A stretch of DNA of 63,528 nt, counting the filler, from Platydemus manokwari (Eukaryota), in the NCBI GenBank assembly GCA_037951405.1. It is 6 parts of 6 records of this genome, joined end to end, with 100 filler letters (N's around TTAATTAATTAA, not from the genome) between each part and the next. Parts side by side here need not be neighbours in the genome. Positions count along the whole stretch, not along the records: positions 28,870 to 40,132 come from JBBMOY010808869.1; positions 40,233 to 53,776 come from JBBMOY011695844.1; 4 more parts are not named here. One strand, given 5' to 3'. Positions 38,829 to 53,099 of the stretch are shown piece after piece; position 1 is the stretch's first letter, and each line of letters opens with the position of its first letter. The notes beneath the pieces were generated by a model. That model saw only the letters and a program-made list of their open reading frames with translations, was not told the DNA's origin and searched no databases. The translations under genes were made by a program, and so were the position numbers.

Positions 38829-39998
38829 GCCATCTTTAGATTGTAGCTACTATTTTAATTTATAAATATCAATTTAATTTAAATATAAATATAAATAAAT
38901 ATAAATAATTAAATATAAATAAATAAATTTCGGTGTAAATATGATTACAAAACCTTTGGAATGAGCACTCTATCATATAATATGAATAAATCTCAACTTC
39001 GTAGTGGTGAATATGAAACATTTATACAAAAAACCCTGTTGAAGATAAAGATAAATAGTTAAAAACTAGCTGATTATTCATAAATTAAACACATTGATTG
39101 AGGTCTACAAAATTGGTAAGGGAAAATGCTATTAATAGAATATTTTGTAGCAATTACTTAGTAATTCATTTAGTAATTCCTTTTTCGACAAATTTTTAGA
39201 AACTCTAGTAGTTGATAATAATAATTGATATACCAGTTTCAACCTTAAAGAAATAATAAAGGAACAAATATCGGATTATATGATGAATCGTTTCTATGCA
39301 TTGAGCTGACATAGCTTCTACGCTGGAAACCTTAGCTCAGACACAAAAGGAAATAGAATTTCAACAACAGTTTAATCAAAATTACATATCATTTATCATA
39401 ATATGAAACAAAACGATCACAAATTAAGGAAAAACAATTAACAACAAAGAGTTATTGCTTCAATAAGTTTTAGTCTGATATTTTCATAAGTATTTCATTT
39501 TCAGCTGAAATGTTTTTTTCATGTTTTTTTTCATGTTTTTTTCATGTAAAACAATTAATATCACTCCAATCGTCAATAACGAACAACTCGTAAAACCGTT
39601 CGAGAAATGAATTTGTTTTTGTCACTCAAAATAAAAGCACCAATTGAAAATGATTTATAAATTCGAAAACAACTCATTCCACAATGCGTTAATGTGGAGT
39701 TATTAAAAATTTATGAAATACAAACAAGTAGTGAATAGCATTGTGAAAACCACCTCTTCAAACCTGAACTCATACTCAATGAAACTAAAAGAAAACCACA
39801 AATATAATTGACAATTTTACAATATTTTCCCGTTGTTTGTATTATTTTATTTTTATTTTACTTTCGAAATTGTCTTTAATATTCTCAAAACCTTATCAAC
39901 ACAGAAAAATAATCTTTAATTGAAAATATAATTAAAGTGAAAGAAATTCTTAGATTTTTATAATAATATACCTGGTTATAGTTGTATATGGCATAACT

Positions 39999-40132
39999 CA
40001 GGGGTCTCCAAACTTTTTCAGCAAAGGGCCACATTGCTGATTTTTTAAAATTTAAAGGGCCAAAACTATGATAGGTTTACAAAAATTGTGGTTCAAAATG
40101 AGTAGTTGAAATCATTAATAAGTCATTTAAAT
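39999..40132 (+). mobile_element. hAT-family terminus truncated by the contig end
   Basis: CAGGGGTCTCCAAACTTTTT...AGGGCCACA is a typical hAT/Charlie terminal sequence. Confidence 0.6.
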
Positions 40133-40232
40133 NNNNNNNNNNNNNNNNNNNNNNNNNNNNNNNNNNNNNNNNNNNNTTAATTAATTAANNNNNNNNNNNN
40201 NNNNNNNNNNNNNNNNNNNNNNNNNNNNNNNN
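40133..40232. other. Artificial contig spacer
   Basis: N-run/TTAATTAATTAA/N-run, 100 nt. Confidence 0.95.
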
Positions 40233-40705
40233 AATGATAAAATTATTATTATCGAATATTAATGATAAAATTATTATTATCGATTATTATTGATAACATT
40301 ATTATTAGCAATTATTTTTATAATTATTAATAATATCAATATTGTTATAAGCATCATTTTTAATTATTAGCCGCTACCATAATGAACATTATTATTATAT
40401 CAAATATGTCTACTTTTCAATTCTGGTTAGTTATAATAAAATATATTTATATTTAAAAATGTATGATTATAAATATATTAATGTTTGTTAATATTAATAA
40501 TTTATAAATTTCCATGGATAGAAATTGCAACACAGTTAAATTCATTAACTTCTAGATGTTTAAACAATAGTTTAGCTCTGTGCAATATATAAAATCGACC
40601 ATATGTCATTGTAATTGACCGCTAGAATCTCTCCATAATTGATAGGATAATATGTTTTGAATCTGTATAAAATTATAATTATCTATATAATAATTATCAA
40701 TCAAG

Positions 40706-41215
40706 AAATGCAAAGCTATGAAGAAATGCAGAAACAAGAATTACAAAAATATCTGCTCATGTCTGCAAGTATGCCAATGGCCAATAATCTGTTAAACAGA
40801 GCTATGTGGGATCAACGGGATAGATTTGGTTTGCTTTGATATTTGTGCCGGATTAATTTTCAACATGTCTACCCATTTTGATAAGGAGTCGGAAATGATG
40901 CATGGCCTAACAATTTACCACCAGTTTCCATGCATCCTCCTGCAGACATGTCGACAATCATGAGGGCTTTAAACCAATCTCAGAATGCTAATACTCAAAA
41001 CCGACCACGATCTGCTACAGGTCTCAATCTGTCAAACATGGCCAACACTCCTAATCTCGGTATTAATCAAAACTCGGTGCCTGGAAGTAGTAATCAGAAT
41101 AACCAGAACACGGATAAGCCTGGTTCTGGTCGGGCTTCTGTTAATCATATCAGTAATGATTTCCAACGTCAAAGCGTAAATATTTATCATTGATATAATA
41201 ATAATAACTTTAATG

Positions 41216-41250
<35 letters not shown>

Positions 41251-41938
41251 CATGATCATAAACCGAATATAAATCATAATACTGAAAGCCTTATATATTA
41301 AGCTATGTGATAATTTATGGAGTATTCATTTCATTTATAACAACACGTATAAATTCTTTATGATTACCGTTTATTTAAAGCTATATTTCGAATTTATCTT
41401 GCCACTATACTTTTAAATGCACTTAGATCAGCAGGATTTCCGGAATAAACGGATCAATGTTGACAAATATTTTATAATAAGATCTTGAGAGACCACTATC
41501 ACGTAGAAATAAACCAAATTTTTCTTTAATACTGCAACAATCATAATAAATCCAAATATATCACAGGATCCATTGACAGAGAACCCAGAGTTGCTTGAGA
41601 ACATCATAAGAATCATGACAGAAAATCACTTGAATCCCAATGCAGCTCTTATTCATATGCTCAACAATCAGAAATCAGCTAATGCCGCTCTACATCATCA
41701 ACAACCCACTCCTCCTTCAGCCCACGCAGCTCTTAATACACTATCTGGAGCAGGTTCTACCTTTCCGAATCTTGCGAACCAGCATTTAGGAGTCTTATCT
41801 CACATGGCAGGTCAGTCTCCTTCATCTGTGAAACCGCCTACCTCGAGTTATGCTGGTAATGTGCCGCGCCCTAATATTATGGATTTGTACCACCAGATGT
41901 ACCAGAACGGCCCTTATAATCGCAACCAGCCGAGATAG
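40706..41938 (+). CDS. Last three exons of an unidentified N/Q/P/M-rich low-complexity protein; join(40706-40828, 40886-41175, 41567-41938)
   Basis: GT-AG introns with consistent phases (1, then 0) and higher GC than flanks. Ends ...YNRNQPR* and is followed by a T/TC-rich 3'UTR-like tract. Confidence 0.75.
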
Positions 41939-43099
41939 AGACCCAATATCCATTCAATGGTAGAGTACAATGCAGATTGAGCGAGCAACAGAGGGGTGGT
42001 AAATCATATTCAATCATCTATATCGATCGGCCATTGTGCGCCTCGTGTACATACATACACAAAGAAACTATTTTGATCCATGTTTCAATTATAATTAATT
42101 CGTTTATTATCTTAATTTAGAATATTTTTTTTTCTTTTTTCTATCTCTCGGGTCGATATGGCTGACGATTTTTATTTTTTGTTATCAACATATGAGCAGT
42201 GAGAATCAATTTGTTAATATTTGCGTGTATATATTTGTATATATAAATATGCCGGTATATATGTTAGGTTTGTTGTTGCTGTTTGTTGTCGTTGGTAGGG
42301 TTGTTATTATTATTGTTATTGTTTTCGATCTGATGATGGACGTTGATGATTGGATTCGATTGGATTCTGACTCGATCGTCGTGATGATGATGACATCTTT
42401 TCTCACTCTCTCTCTCTCTCTCTACTTCTCGAATGTTCGATGATAGTTATTACATGTTTCTGTAGATATCAACTTTTCTTCTCTTCATTTCCCGATGTGT
42501 CCTTATCTTGTTTGTATCGATTGTGACACATTGATGATTATATCTATAAATACATCATATATATATAAATATATTACTATCTATCTATCATCAACAACAA
42601 TTATCGGTAATGATGAATTGTAGATAATTTCTATTGTATTCTATTGATACCTGGTTGATATTGTTGTTGTAATTATTATTTTATGGTGATTTCATATATT
42701 TTGCAATTTCATCCAATGTTTCCCCATCAATAATGACAGCTTTGAATGATTTCTATGAAGGTGTGCTTATAAAAAATAATTATTTTCAATGCAATTTTTT
42801 CAATTTAAAATAGAAATGAAGTTTTCTTTATATTTTGTTTAGGAATTGTTTTATTTATTTCATGATTTTTGTGATTATATTCGATGTCATCTTGAATAAT
42901 TTTAATTTTTCATGTTTCCTATAGTGAATATAAAAATGAGACATTGTCATGAAATAATCCACTAGTCTGTTGATAATCTTTTATATATAACAGTTATTAA
43001 TGAAGTGAATGTTTAAAAACAGTTATTATAATTTAATGGCTTCACTTGAAGGTGTTCATAAAAATGAAATATGATGATTAAAAAATAAAATTATAACTT

Positions 43100-44350
43100 G
43101 AACTATTTTTTATATTAAAGTTCCAGCGTCCTCTATAAAACAATTTTAACTTAATGAAGGTATATGCTAAAATATCATGATTGTAACCGAGTGTTTGTAA
43201 AGAAGTTCGGTGTTGTCAATCATTCAATTTTATAACAAATCTACAAAAAACTATTTCTGAATAAATCTATTAAATCCCAGAATTGTTTAAGTAATCTAAG
43301 AAAAAAGTTATTGAAACAAATTCCATTTAAATTCCATCATTAAATTATATTCAGTGCTTGCTTTATTTAGTTTAGCTCCACATTTCATTTAATGTTAACA
43401 TGTGTAATTATAACTTTTATGCTTTATTTAACCTGGCTTGAATTTAAGTTTCCACGTAAAGACTTCTAAATTCAATTTTTATTTTGTCAAAACAAATCCT
43501 TTCTTCACAACTCAAGAATATAGCTCTCTACAAAACCTATCATATAATGTGTCGCAAATTTTATTTTCAAATTAATCCAATGTTTGCGAATGGCTCTAAT
43601 GCACTACTTCTTTTACTGGACACCAAAGAAATACTTTAAATTAAAAGAAAATTAAATTATTTCTTCTCGGGCAATTGTTACATAAACGTCTTGTTAATCA
43701 TATGGCCTGAGCCATTTTCAGAAGTATTTTGTTGATCTTCCATTGCAATCATTCCAGGAAATTAATCCTCAAATTTCGATTACACTTATTAATTCCATAA
43801 TTTACTAAATTTAAATTGTTTAATTTTTTTTCATCTATTTTCCACCCGATTTCATTCAGAGGTTGTTCATATTGTTTGAGTATCTCACAAAAGAAAAAAA
43901 AACATTAATTTAGCATTTTAATCATAACCATTCCTACAAAACCATACACGAACAGTAATCAAACAGTTACAGTAAACTTAAATAGGAAAGTAAAATTAAA
44001 TGAGGACATAGTCACATAGTCACACACAAAGGGATTGAAAAATCTCTTAAATAAAAAAATCAATAAATCCAATTTGAACTTGAGAAATAAAATATCAAAT
44101 CAGAGCATGATACAAAAACAACACATAAATACCTATGTAAAGATGCCCAACTGTCAACTGGAAGCAAAATTTTAGATTGTGGTTTTATGAAATGTTTTGT
44201 CGAGTTTTATGGGTGTTTGTGTGGATTGCAATTTTCGATGCTTTTGGAACCCAACAATATAATCGATAGACACACCTCGCATTTTGAAATTTGATTTTTT
44301 CATTTGCTGTTTCTTTTTATTCATCAATGCCTGTGTCCATAAACTGAAAT
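43100..44350 (-). mobile_element. Decayed L1/Tx1-like non-LTR relic
   Basis: NGRSTKYF (cf. GE.STKYF) at about 43745-43722 on the minus strand in heavily decayed coding-like sequence. Limits are approximate. Confidence 0.3.
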
Positions 44351-45829
44351 TGTATTTGTTGTGTACTGAGTTTAAGTTTATTTAAAGTTTAAGTTAAATT
44401 TTATCGTTACATTTCTGAAAATTTTGAAAATAATCTCTTAAAAGTTTAAATATCCAGGACGTTCTATTTTTCAGTCCACATATTCCAGCAATTTACATCT
44501 TCACACAATTTACTAACACCTTCCGTCGAAAGGAACAGTGATGAAACAATTATGTACAATTTAAAAATATTTTTTCAATTTCTAATAGGCCTGTTCTTAT
44601 TAATCATGATTTTAATAACTCGACGTTGTCCTTTCGAATTTCCCTTCATTTGTCATTGAGCAGTTAAGGAAATCGTCAGGCATATTTGGCTAAAACCAAA
44701 GCCCATCAAAAATTACTTTAAATAATTTAACATCCAACCGAAATGGATTTCTGAGAAAGAATTCCTTTAAAATTTCAATGTTATTGATTTTAGACAAGCT
44801 TGTTACCGATAAATCAATGAGTTAGTATTTAAATAATTAGTTACAAGAATAAACATAATGATAATATAGAATCTGGTTCTTCGATTAATCAAAAAAGGAA
44901 ATTGACAATGATAAATTAAATTATCCTTTATCTCCAACATATATACCTATTTGAAATCAATATTGGTGACAGGAAACACATTTTCAATCTTAATTAACCA
45001 AAATGTCATCAACAAGATAAAAATTCCAATTATTTCAATTATATAACTTCGATAATAATGTGTTTGACGACAGGGTTGGAATATTGTCGACAAAAATTTA
45101 GACAAATCTCTTTTCGATTAAAAGTACTTTCGAAAATAGTATTTTCAATCTCTCATTGTTCAAAGATAACGTCTGATTTTTAAATTTTGTGGAAACAATT
45201 TGCCTATCCTTGTATTATACGATAAAAATACGTTTTATTTCCATATGATGAATGGTAAATAATGCCTTGAAGTTGCATTCCAGCTGTGAGAGATAAATGA
45301 TCAATACTTATGAGGTTTTACGTGTGTTTTATAGCAATTGGAATGAATTGAGTGTTAAATTAAATGAATCATTCTTTATTCTGATTGCTCTCAAAATTTA
45401 GTTTCCGCATAAAATATCAGAGAAATGGGTAACAGAGCTATATTAATAATACAAACCAAAATCGACTCAAATATACTGTTATGGATTTTAAAAAGATACG
45501 TTGACTTATGCTGAAGAGTGGATACAAAAATACTAGTGTCTGGCTAATGGTATCGATTATAGTGCAAATTAAAGCGATGAGATGAGATTTTTATGGATAT
45601 GGATAATATGTTTCGCAAATTTTCGCCTGTATATATTGAGTACTAGAACAACTCCCTCATCGTCGATGTCCAAGCAGGTTTGATATTAATATTAGTAAAT
45701 TTAATTAAAAATTTCTCATTGTGACTAGAATTTCAAACAAATATTTTCGTTAGAATGATTTTTTGTCAGTATTTTCTCTCTTGTTATGGCTTAGATTTTT
45801 TACAGTACCAACAAATGGTTGCTATAGCT

Positions 45830-45990
45830 TGTGAGAATTTTTAAATGAATTACAGTTGAAAGATTTTAAAATCATATTTTTTATAAAATTTTTGTTTTTT
45901 TAAAAAATTGTAATTAAAATATAATATAGCGTCATGAATTTTCAGTTCATTTTCAAAGCGTGCTGTACAAAAATGTTAGCGTATAAAACA
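45830..45990 (+). mobile_element. Solo or degenerate LTR of the TRIM-like family
   Basis: TGTGAGAATTT...GTCATGAATTTTCAGTTCATTTTCAAAGCGTGCTGTACAAAA matches the LTR of copies 1-3, with no internal region. Confidence 0.65.
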
Positions 45991-47169
45991 CCAAAAATAT
46001 TTATATTTAGAATAAATAAAAGCCTCTAAATAACAAGGTACAAAATACCCAAACAGGATTACTATATAAATGCAGGTGTCTGCCATAGATTTCGGCCTGG
46101 AAATTAAACTATAAAACTGCTAAGAAAAACGATATTTGAAAACTTAAATTTGAAAAATTTGAAAAATTTGAATCGAGAAGTTATTGAGGAAATATAATAA
46201 TAGAAAAATATAATCTGGAAAATGTAATCCTTTGAACCTACGCAATTGTTACAATAGTTAGTTTCTTTTCACCTGTGGGAATATCGAGATAATTGATAAA
46301 CCAAATGGATCGAACATTTTGGAACCAAAATAACATTTTTAAAATTAATTTTTATGAAATCCTTGAATGGTTGTCAAGTTTTTTCAGTCTCCACAAGTTT
46401 ACTATACTTGTCGTTCACTTAATTTTGATTTGAGCCAATTTTTATGTATTTTTGATAACCAAGTAAAAATCAATAAAATTATTCGCGTTGCTATATAATA
46501 GATAAAGGGAGATAAAGCATTAAAACACTGATCAATCATTGAATAAAGAGGACACACTGTTGACTTTACATAATATCTTTAAATATGATAAACCCAAAAT
46601 ATTTAAATTAAGATATCAAAATCAAACACAATATCGATTTAAGATTGACAAGCCCAAATAAGTAAACTATTAGCGCAAATCTTTTAATGATTTTGTCAAT
46701 TGGACGAGGTTTATGCTACAGATGAAGTTGGCACCAAAAATAATTCTTGTTACTAAATATAGATTTTGAAATATAATACCTTTACTAAATACTTTTACTG
46801 CAAGAAAGACTACCTTTCAAGATGTATTTTTATTCACTTTACTTCATAAGGATGACTTCTATCATAATTCAATCAATTCATTTATGCAGCTTCGGCATAG
46901 TTTCTGCACTTTGTGTTGGAATGAACACGCCATAGCCTAATTATAATTATTGAACTGTTTGTATTATTTACGATTGGTTTTATTGGTTCAGATGGTGGGT
47001 TTCTCTCTAACTGCTTATAATCATGTGAATTACTGATAACAAATAGGAAATTGAGTGAGTGTTCTGATAATCTTCTGCGACGGTATTCGTATTTAATTAA
47101 CGGCGTGAATTAACTGTGAAAACTATCTCACTATGCTTAAAAATGTACATCTAGGTTTTGTAGCAGGCT

Positions 47170-47480
47170 AGAATGCGCTAATGCAGGATGAAGACGCGCC
47201 GCATTTCTGTCTACTCGCGATCATCATTTCGAATTCTAACTTTCCGAATTGTTGGATTGATAACTGATGGAATTTTATTTAGAGTCTCCCATGAGGTCAC
47301 CAGATTTAACTTCATGTGATTTCTTTCTTTTGGGCCATTTAAACGACGTGGTGCGTTAAAAGAACTTTGAAAGAACTTGAAAAAAGAACTTGTGACACAG
47401 ACTATGTTGATAAAATGTTTCATAGAGATATATGTTCTCGAGCTGTTGAGGATGAATTCGTCTTTGTATTAATGAAATAA
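47170..47480 (+). mobile_element. Tc1/mariner (Tc3-like) transposase relic
   Basis: MQDEDAPHF (cf. QQDGAP.H) and RSPDLTSCDFF..GHLK (cf. RSPDL.P.DFFLWG.LK). Confidence 0.75.
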
Positions 47481-48475
47481 AATTTGGCAAGTAGAAATCT
47501 GAATAAAATGAGGATTTGGGTTAGTTCGGTATGGGAGACCCAGTATATAAATTAGGAATTTAGTAGTAATAATAATATAAATTGGCCAAGTTTTATTTAA
47601 AAAAATGTGTTTGTGATATCTCTCCCAAGGACAAGGACATTTTAAATAAACTCGGATGCCCTTAATTAGTGAAATATAATTGTGGATAAAATATGATATA
47701 ATACGATATAAAATATGAATTTTCTATTAGAAATTATCGTTTGCATTGAGTTATATGATTTTAAAGTTTGTGGGGTACATTAAGCTCATATCCCAACCCG
47801 CATAATTATATGAATAATATGAATAATCAACCCCTAAAATTAAATTAAAAATCCGCGTCATCATGGTAATTTTAAAAAATAATTCACATCATCATGTTTA
47901 TTTATATATTACTAAGGCGAAAGTATTTGTAACGTCGAATCATCATGGAAAATAAATAAATTACTAAGAGAGAAAATAAATTGCGGAAAATTAATCACCA
48001 TTCCCACAAAAAATCTGGGTATATAAACCCACCTCAAAATTGGGAAATCGCACATTCATTTCAGTATATTAATCGTACATCAATCTCAGAGCATTATTCC
48101 AACGCTCAGACTGCAGCATACTTTCTGCACGGAAATTCATTATCTGTATTCGATATTCAAACTTATTTTCGCTCATACGCGACAACATTCCTCTTGGGAT
48201 AACCTCAACCCATTGGACTTTTTCAATCAATTAACATCAATCAGCTTAGGAATATTCAACAACCATTAGGCTTCGAGACTGCATCATCCAAGCGTTATTA
48301 GATTTATCAATCAAAATCAAGCATTACATTTTCAATTCATCAATTTACGTCAATGATAAATTTTATTAATTTAAATTCAGTCATCCCCTCGCAAAGCTCG
48401 ATGAGATTTGCAGGGCTAAGAAATTTAATTATAAAGCCGAAAAGGTTTGCAAGCTAAATTCATTTTTTCAGTTTT

Positions 48476-48847
48476 TTGTCTGAAGTAGTGCGGTACCTAG
48501 TTCCCTATTGTTGGGATAGCATAAAACGTCTTGTGCTCTATTCAAATAGTGAAGAGAGCGAGGACGAAAAAATCCGATGTACTATTAAGACATACAGTGA
48601 GTGGAGACAGCAACAACAGCTGTCCCAAAAACAATCCCAAAAACAACAGTCTCAAAAACAGCTAAACAAATCATCCCAAAAACCACATAAACCATCGCAA
48701 GAAAACTCACAACCATCAACGAGCGTTGATGTGTTCAAAAGACCAAAAACACCCGAAAGACCCGGAACACCGATAGTTGAAAAACTCGGGACAATAGTAA
48801 TTAAACCCATAAAATCAGGCCCGAAATGGAAAACATGGGCCACCTAA
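48476..48847 (+). CDS. Hypothetical Q/K/S/P-rich ORF in a compositionally distinct block
   Basis: 123 open codons with elevated GC, but no ATG start and no recognised domain. Confidence 0.35.
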   Translation: MSEVVRYLVPYCWDSIKRLVLYSNSEESEDEKIRCTIKTYSEWRQQQQLSQKQSQKQQSQKQLNKSSQKPHKPSQENSQPSTSVDVFKRPKTPERPGTPIVEKLGTIVIKPIKSGPKWKTWAT

Positions 48848-51575
48848 AGCTGTAGCGTGGACCTAGACGCTTGATGTCAGTGAAAATTCCCATCTGCGAA
48901 TTCGAAGAGTCAAATCCCAGTGATCAATCCAATCAATCCAGTTTCAAATAATGACTCAATGATATTGATTTTAACTTGATAATTTGATTATGATTATGAA
49001 TTGACTTGATATTTTAATGACTTAATTTTTATATATCTGACTTGATCATCTGTAATCCTGATTGTAAATTATTGTAATTGTATATAATTATTTGTCGAAA
49101 TTATGGTTAAAATGTAATTTGGATATAATGGAAAATACAAATTACTATATATTATTATTTATAGATAAGAGAATGAAAAAAAGAAATAGAATAATTAGTT
49201 TTTAATGTCAAAAATTTAATAATAATAAATTAGTAATGTCAATAATTTAATAATAAAATTTATAAGGTTAGGTAAATTATTAAGAATTTTTAAGGTTTAG
49301 AACTTTTATAACGATAAACATTAAAGATCCAAAGTGAAATAATTGTTTACAATTTATAAGAGTGATGGAAATTCCTAGGTACAAAGTACCGAATCTCAGC
49401 ATCTACATAAGCTGATGGATTTCCATCACAATTCACTCTCAACAAAATACGACACAATAGTAACTAAACTGAAACGGGATTTTATTTGAATTATAAAACC
49501 AGAGCAAAGCTTAGAAGGTAAAGGATCGAAGATAATATAATTTTTTGATAAAAATTAAATAAAGAATAAAACCCACGCTCTAAAGGATCTCCCTTTGGAG
49601 TCATCAACATATTTTAAATTCTATAATAAAACATTAAGACCTAAGTTCAGGTTCTCACGGTCTGTGAGATAACCACACTCAATTTGTTTTTTTATATAAC
49701 CATTGTGTGACTTAAACTGTGTGAAAAAATTATTGTATATTATCTTTTTAATTTTAATAAAGTTTGTCATCAATCTTTGAGTTTTTAAATATATAAAATA
49801 ATAAAGGGACTCACGCTGTTGAGTGGTTTGAACAGCGAATAAACATCTACCACAACCCAACATATTTATAAAGTAATTTCTCTTCTGTTGATCAATTTTC
49901 TTCTAAACAGGCTTGCTTAATTGAGTAGTAATCATATAAAAGTAAATTAAATTATGACAAATTTCTTTCTTCAATATTTCAATTAGATTTTCATTGGACT
50001 TTTAATCGATAAAATATTTAATGGCTTAATATTTATTTCATAATAGTAGTAACAAATTAGTAGTAATGCAATAGTGGGTTATTAGTATATTGGCACATTT
50101 TTACGATTTTTTGATCTATTTTGTCCTGTTTATTTCTTCATAGTTTGTTTTTTATTTTTCTATTTTATATATTTTAAATATAACTTTTTATTCTATGTTG
50201 CTATTTTTAGTCATTCTTATTTCGTCCTTTTAATTTATCATTTCTAATTTTATCTTCTGGTACATATTTGGGTTTTTTCTGTAAAAAACTATATCTATTC
50301 GGGGAAGGGTCTAGTACCCAACAATTCACGTACTTCTCTTTACAAAACCAGAATAGAAGCTACTTATAGGTGGTAATAAAAACCTTGTATACGGCACAGT
50401 CTGAAAAATATAAAACTAACTAGTAGTTAACTAACTACTAAAAACAGGGCCACTAATACTTTACAGCTTATGCAACTGCATTTGCTGCAAATCGAAATAA
50501 ATTACTTAAAAACATATTTTTTACTTTAGTTGACTGGGCTGATCAAATAGGTATTTAAAGAGTAATTACGGCTAGTTAGATTGAGAAATTTATTGAAATG
50601 TTATGTGGGAAACCATTCAAACCACTCGAGCAATTAGATAAACGTAAAAGATGTGGAAATAAAATAAAAATTAAATTAAAAATTTTCGACGATAAACATA
50701 CATGAAATAATTTTTTTTTAATTCCATCAGTTTTTTCACTGACTTGAATGTCTTAGCACATGATACTAAGCAAGGAATGTTACTAGAAATAACGACGTGA
50801 CGTATGAAGCACAAACGCATGGAATAAATTTAAACAGTATATAAACGAGTGTAACTAGTCTTTATACGCGTAAAATAGAAAGCATGAAAATTTACGCATG
50901 ATATATACTTTTACGCCCTTTATTTTTCTCTTGTGAATACTGTACTTATACAATTAAATTACATATTATCTGCGAGATTTTATACAATTATCTCAATTAA
51001 TCAAACATATTTTATTGTGGTGTAGTATTTTATTTGATAATTGATATTATAATATTATTTGCTTATATTAACCTGCAGCAACAATCTTAATCTGTTGTAG
51101 CCCAGATAATTCAAAGATTCAAAAAATCTTCAGATTCAAATTGTAAAATCTTTATCAGTTATTATTCAAAGTGACGAGTCCCTTTAGTCTGTTAACCAAA
51201 TAATATTATGACCTGACACCAAAGATCTAAAGTTTCTATAACTTATCAAACCTTGTCTCAGGAATAAAGGGGTGATTGAAATTCTCCAAAATGGAAAATC
51301 TTATATAAATGAACAATATAAGTAAACAATAAAAGTACATTTATAATCTATAAAGATATTGACGGAGATAAAGATTTAATAATTGTTGGTGCAAAAGCTT
51401 ATTCCTTATTCTTTCCATATAATCCGTATTACTTACTCATTAGATTACAAATCAAGAGACTTATGGAGTTCCGTCTATTGGGTTTTAAGCTGGTGGTGTG
51501 ATGAGATTGGTTGTTGAGATGTTTGCTGTTGTACCGATCGTACTCCAGACATTCGGTTGTGTTTCGTTTCAAGTA

Positions 51576-52271
51576 TGTAGGTTACGATTATAAATAATAT
51601 TATGATAAATAACAGTAACGAGAATATGCTGCAAATTATAATTATCGATGAAATAACTACAATATAAATGAATAAAATTGATTTAATACGATTATATCAA
51701 AACAGAACTGGCGAAGTGTGGCTCACTTAACCAGAGGGTAAGATTCACGATACGAGTAAACCGTACAATGAATAAAAGCTATTTAAAAAGGTATGGGCAA
51801 AATGAAGAGAGTTTTATTTAATTTCGAATCTTTCGACACGATATGAAGATAACGACCAATGCTGATATACCTAAGCTGTTGGTGAATCGGCTATATGAGA
51901 GTTTATGTCGGTTCCTTGGTCGTAGTTCTGTCTAAACGATAGCTGTTTTGCTTTACTGTACTAGCTTGTAGTTCGCTTGTCGAGTAACTTTATGGCATTT
52001 TGTTCTAAAATTCTGTCTTCTTATATACCATTTTTTGCTATGGTTTCGCCCAAGCATGATTTTCTATTTTTGTCATGACGTAATTCTATTTTTAGCTTAT
52101 TATATATTTGTTTCTACATATGTGATTTTAAAATTCCATATTTAGATGTTTCTAATTTGGAAATTGCGTCGTATTTATTTTTAGAATTTTTTTAGTTATT
52201 TTATTTTTTGTAGTCGTATAGGTTATTTAAGTTAATCTTTGGGCGTCTGTGGGCGTAATTGGATCCTAACA
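51576..52271 (-). mobile_element. Candidate solo LTR (about 700 bp)
   Basis: Minus strand reads TGTTAGGATCC ... GGTATATAAG (about 52029) ... AATAAA (about 51817) ... AACCTACA, the usual TG-TATA-polyA-CA order. No TSD match. Confidence 0.45.
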
Positions 52272-53099
52272 TATACATAGAATCAAGACCTGTCGATACT
52301 GCAATGAAATACTGCAACTAAATCAAACAAATATATAAGACATTTCGGAATTCGAATAAGCCCTTGGTTCAGAATTTCGGCCTTGTTTTGTCGACATTCT
52401 GAATGATGTATTTTATGGCGGATGGAGCCTACACACGAAGTGTATCAGGAAAATGACCCCCATAAGCAAACCAATAATCAGCAAATGTTGACAACTTTTA
52501 TTAAAGTAAAACTAAGAATTTAAAATTATTTATGGAGGTACAAAATTTATAGATTCCACCCCTACGAAGAAATAATTTGGCATAGAAATACAATATCGTC
52601 GTAGAAAATTATAAGAACCTTTGTGGAGGGACTAAATATAATAGCTGTTGTCGAAGACATGGTATTTGAGTTATTGAAAGACTGGAGACATACAGTAAGA
52701 AAAAATTGCTTCCAATTTCTAACCAAGTTAAACAGGAATTTTATATTTAAAATGATGCCTTTATTTAATTGTAGGTTTGTGAAACCACAATCTATAATAT
52801 ATAAGTTGTGTTTTCCTTTTTTAATTTAATGAAAATTGGGTTAAAGAACAATTTTTCTTAACTTGAACCCAATAATAGTTGGCAATAAAAAAAATTTCCA
52901 ATAAATCTCCATGAGCTTTGTGATAATATTAAAGTTGTTAACAATACTGGTTTTCTTTCGATTAACCAGCTGAATAAACCATCGAAACTTAAATCGATAT
53001 TTAATTTTTTGAGCTTGAAAATTAAGTTTGATAAATTCTAAAAATTAAAACGTCATTAAATTCAAAAAAGGTTTTTTGCTTTTCAAATGATTTGTGTTG

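Noticed and set aside
52335-52400. Hammerhead-like remnants on the minus strand (GGCCGAAA, CCGAAATGTC)
   Set aside because: No CUGANGA and no convincing stems.
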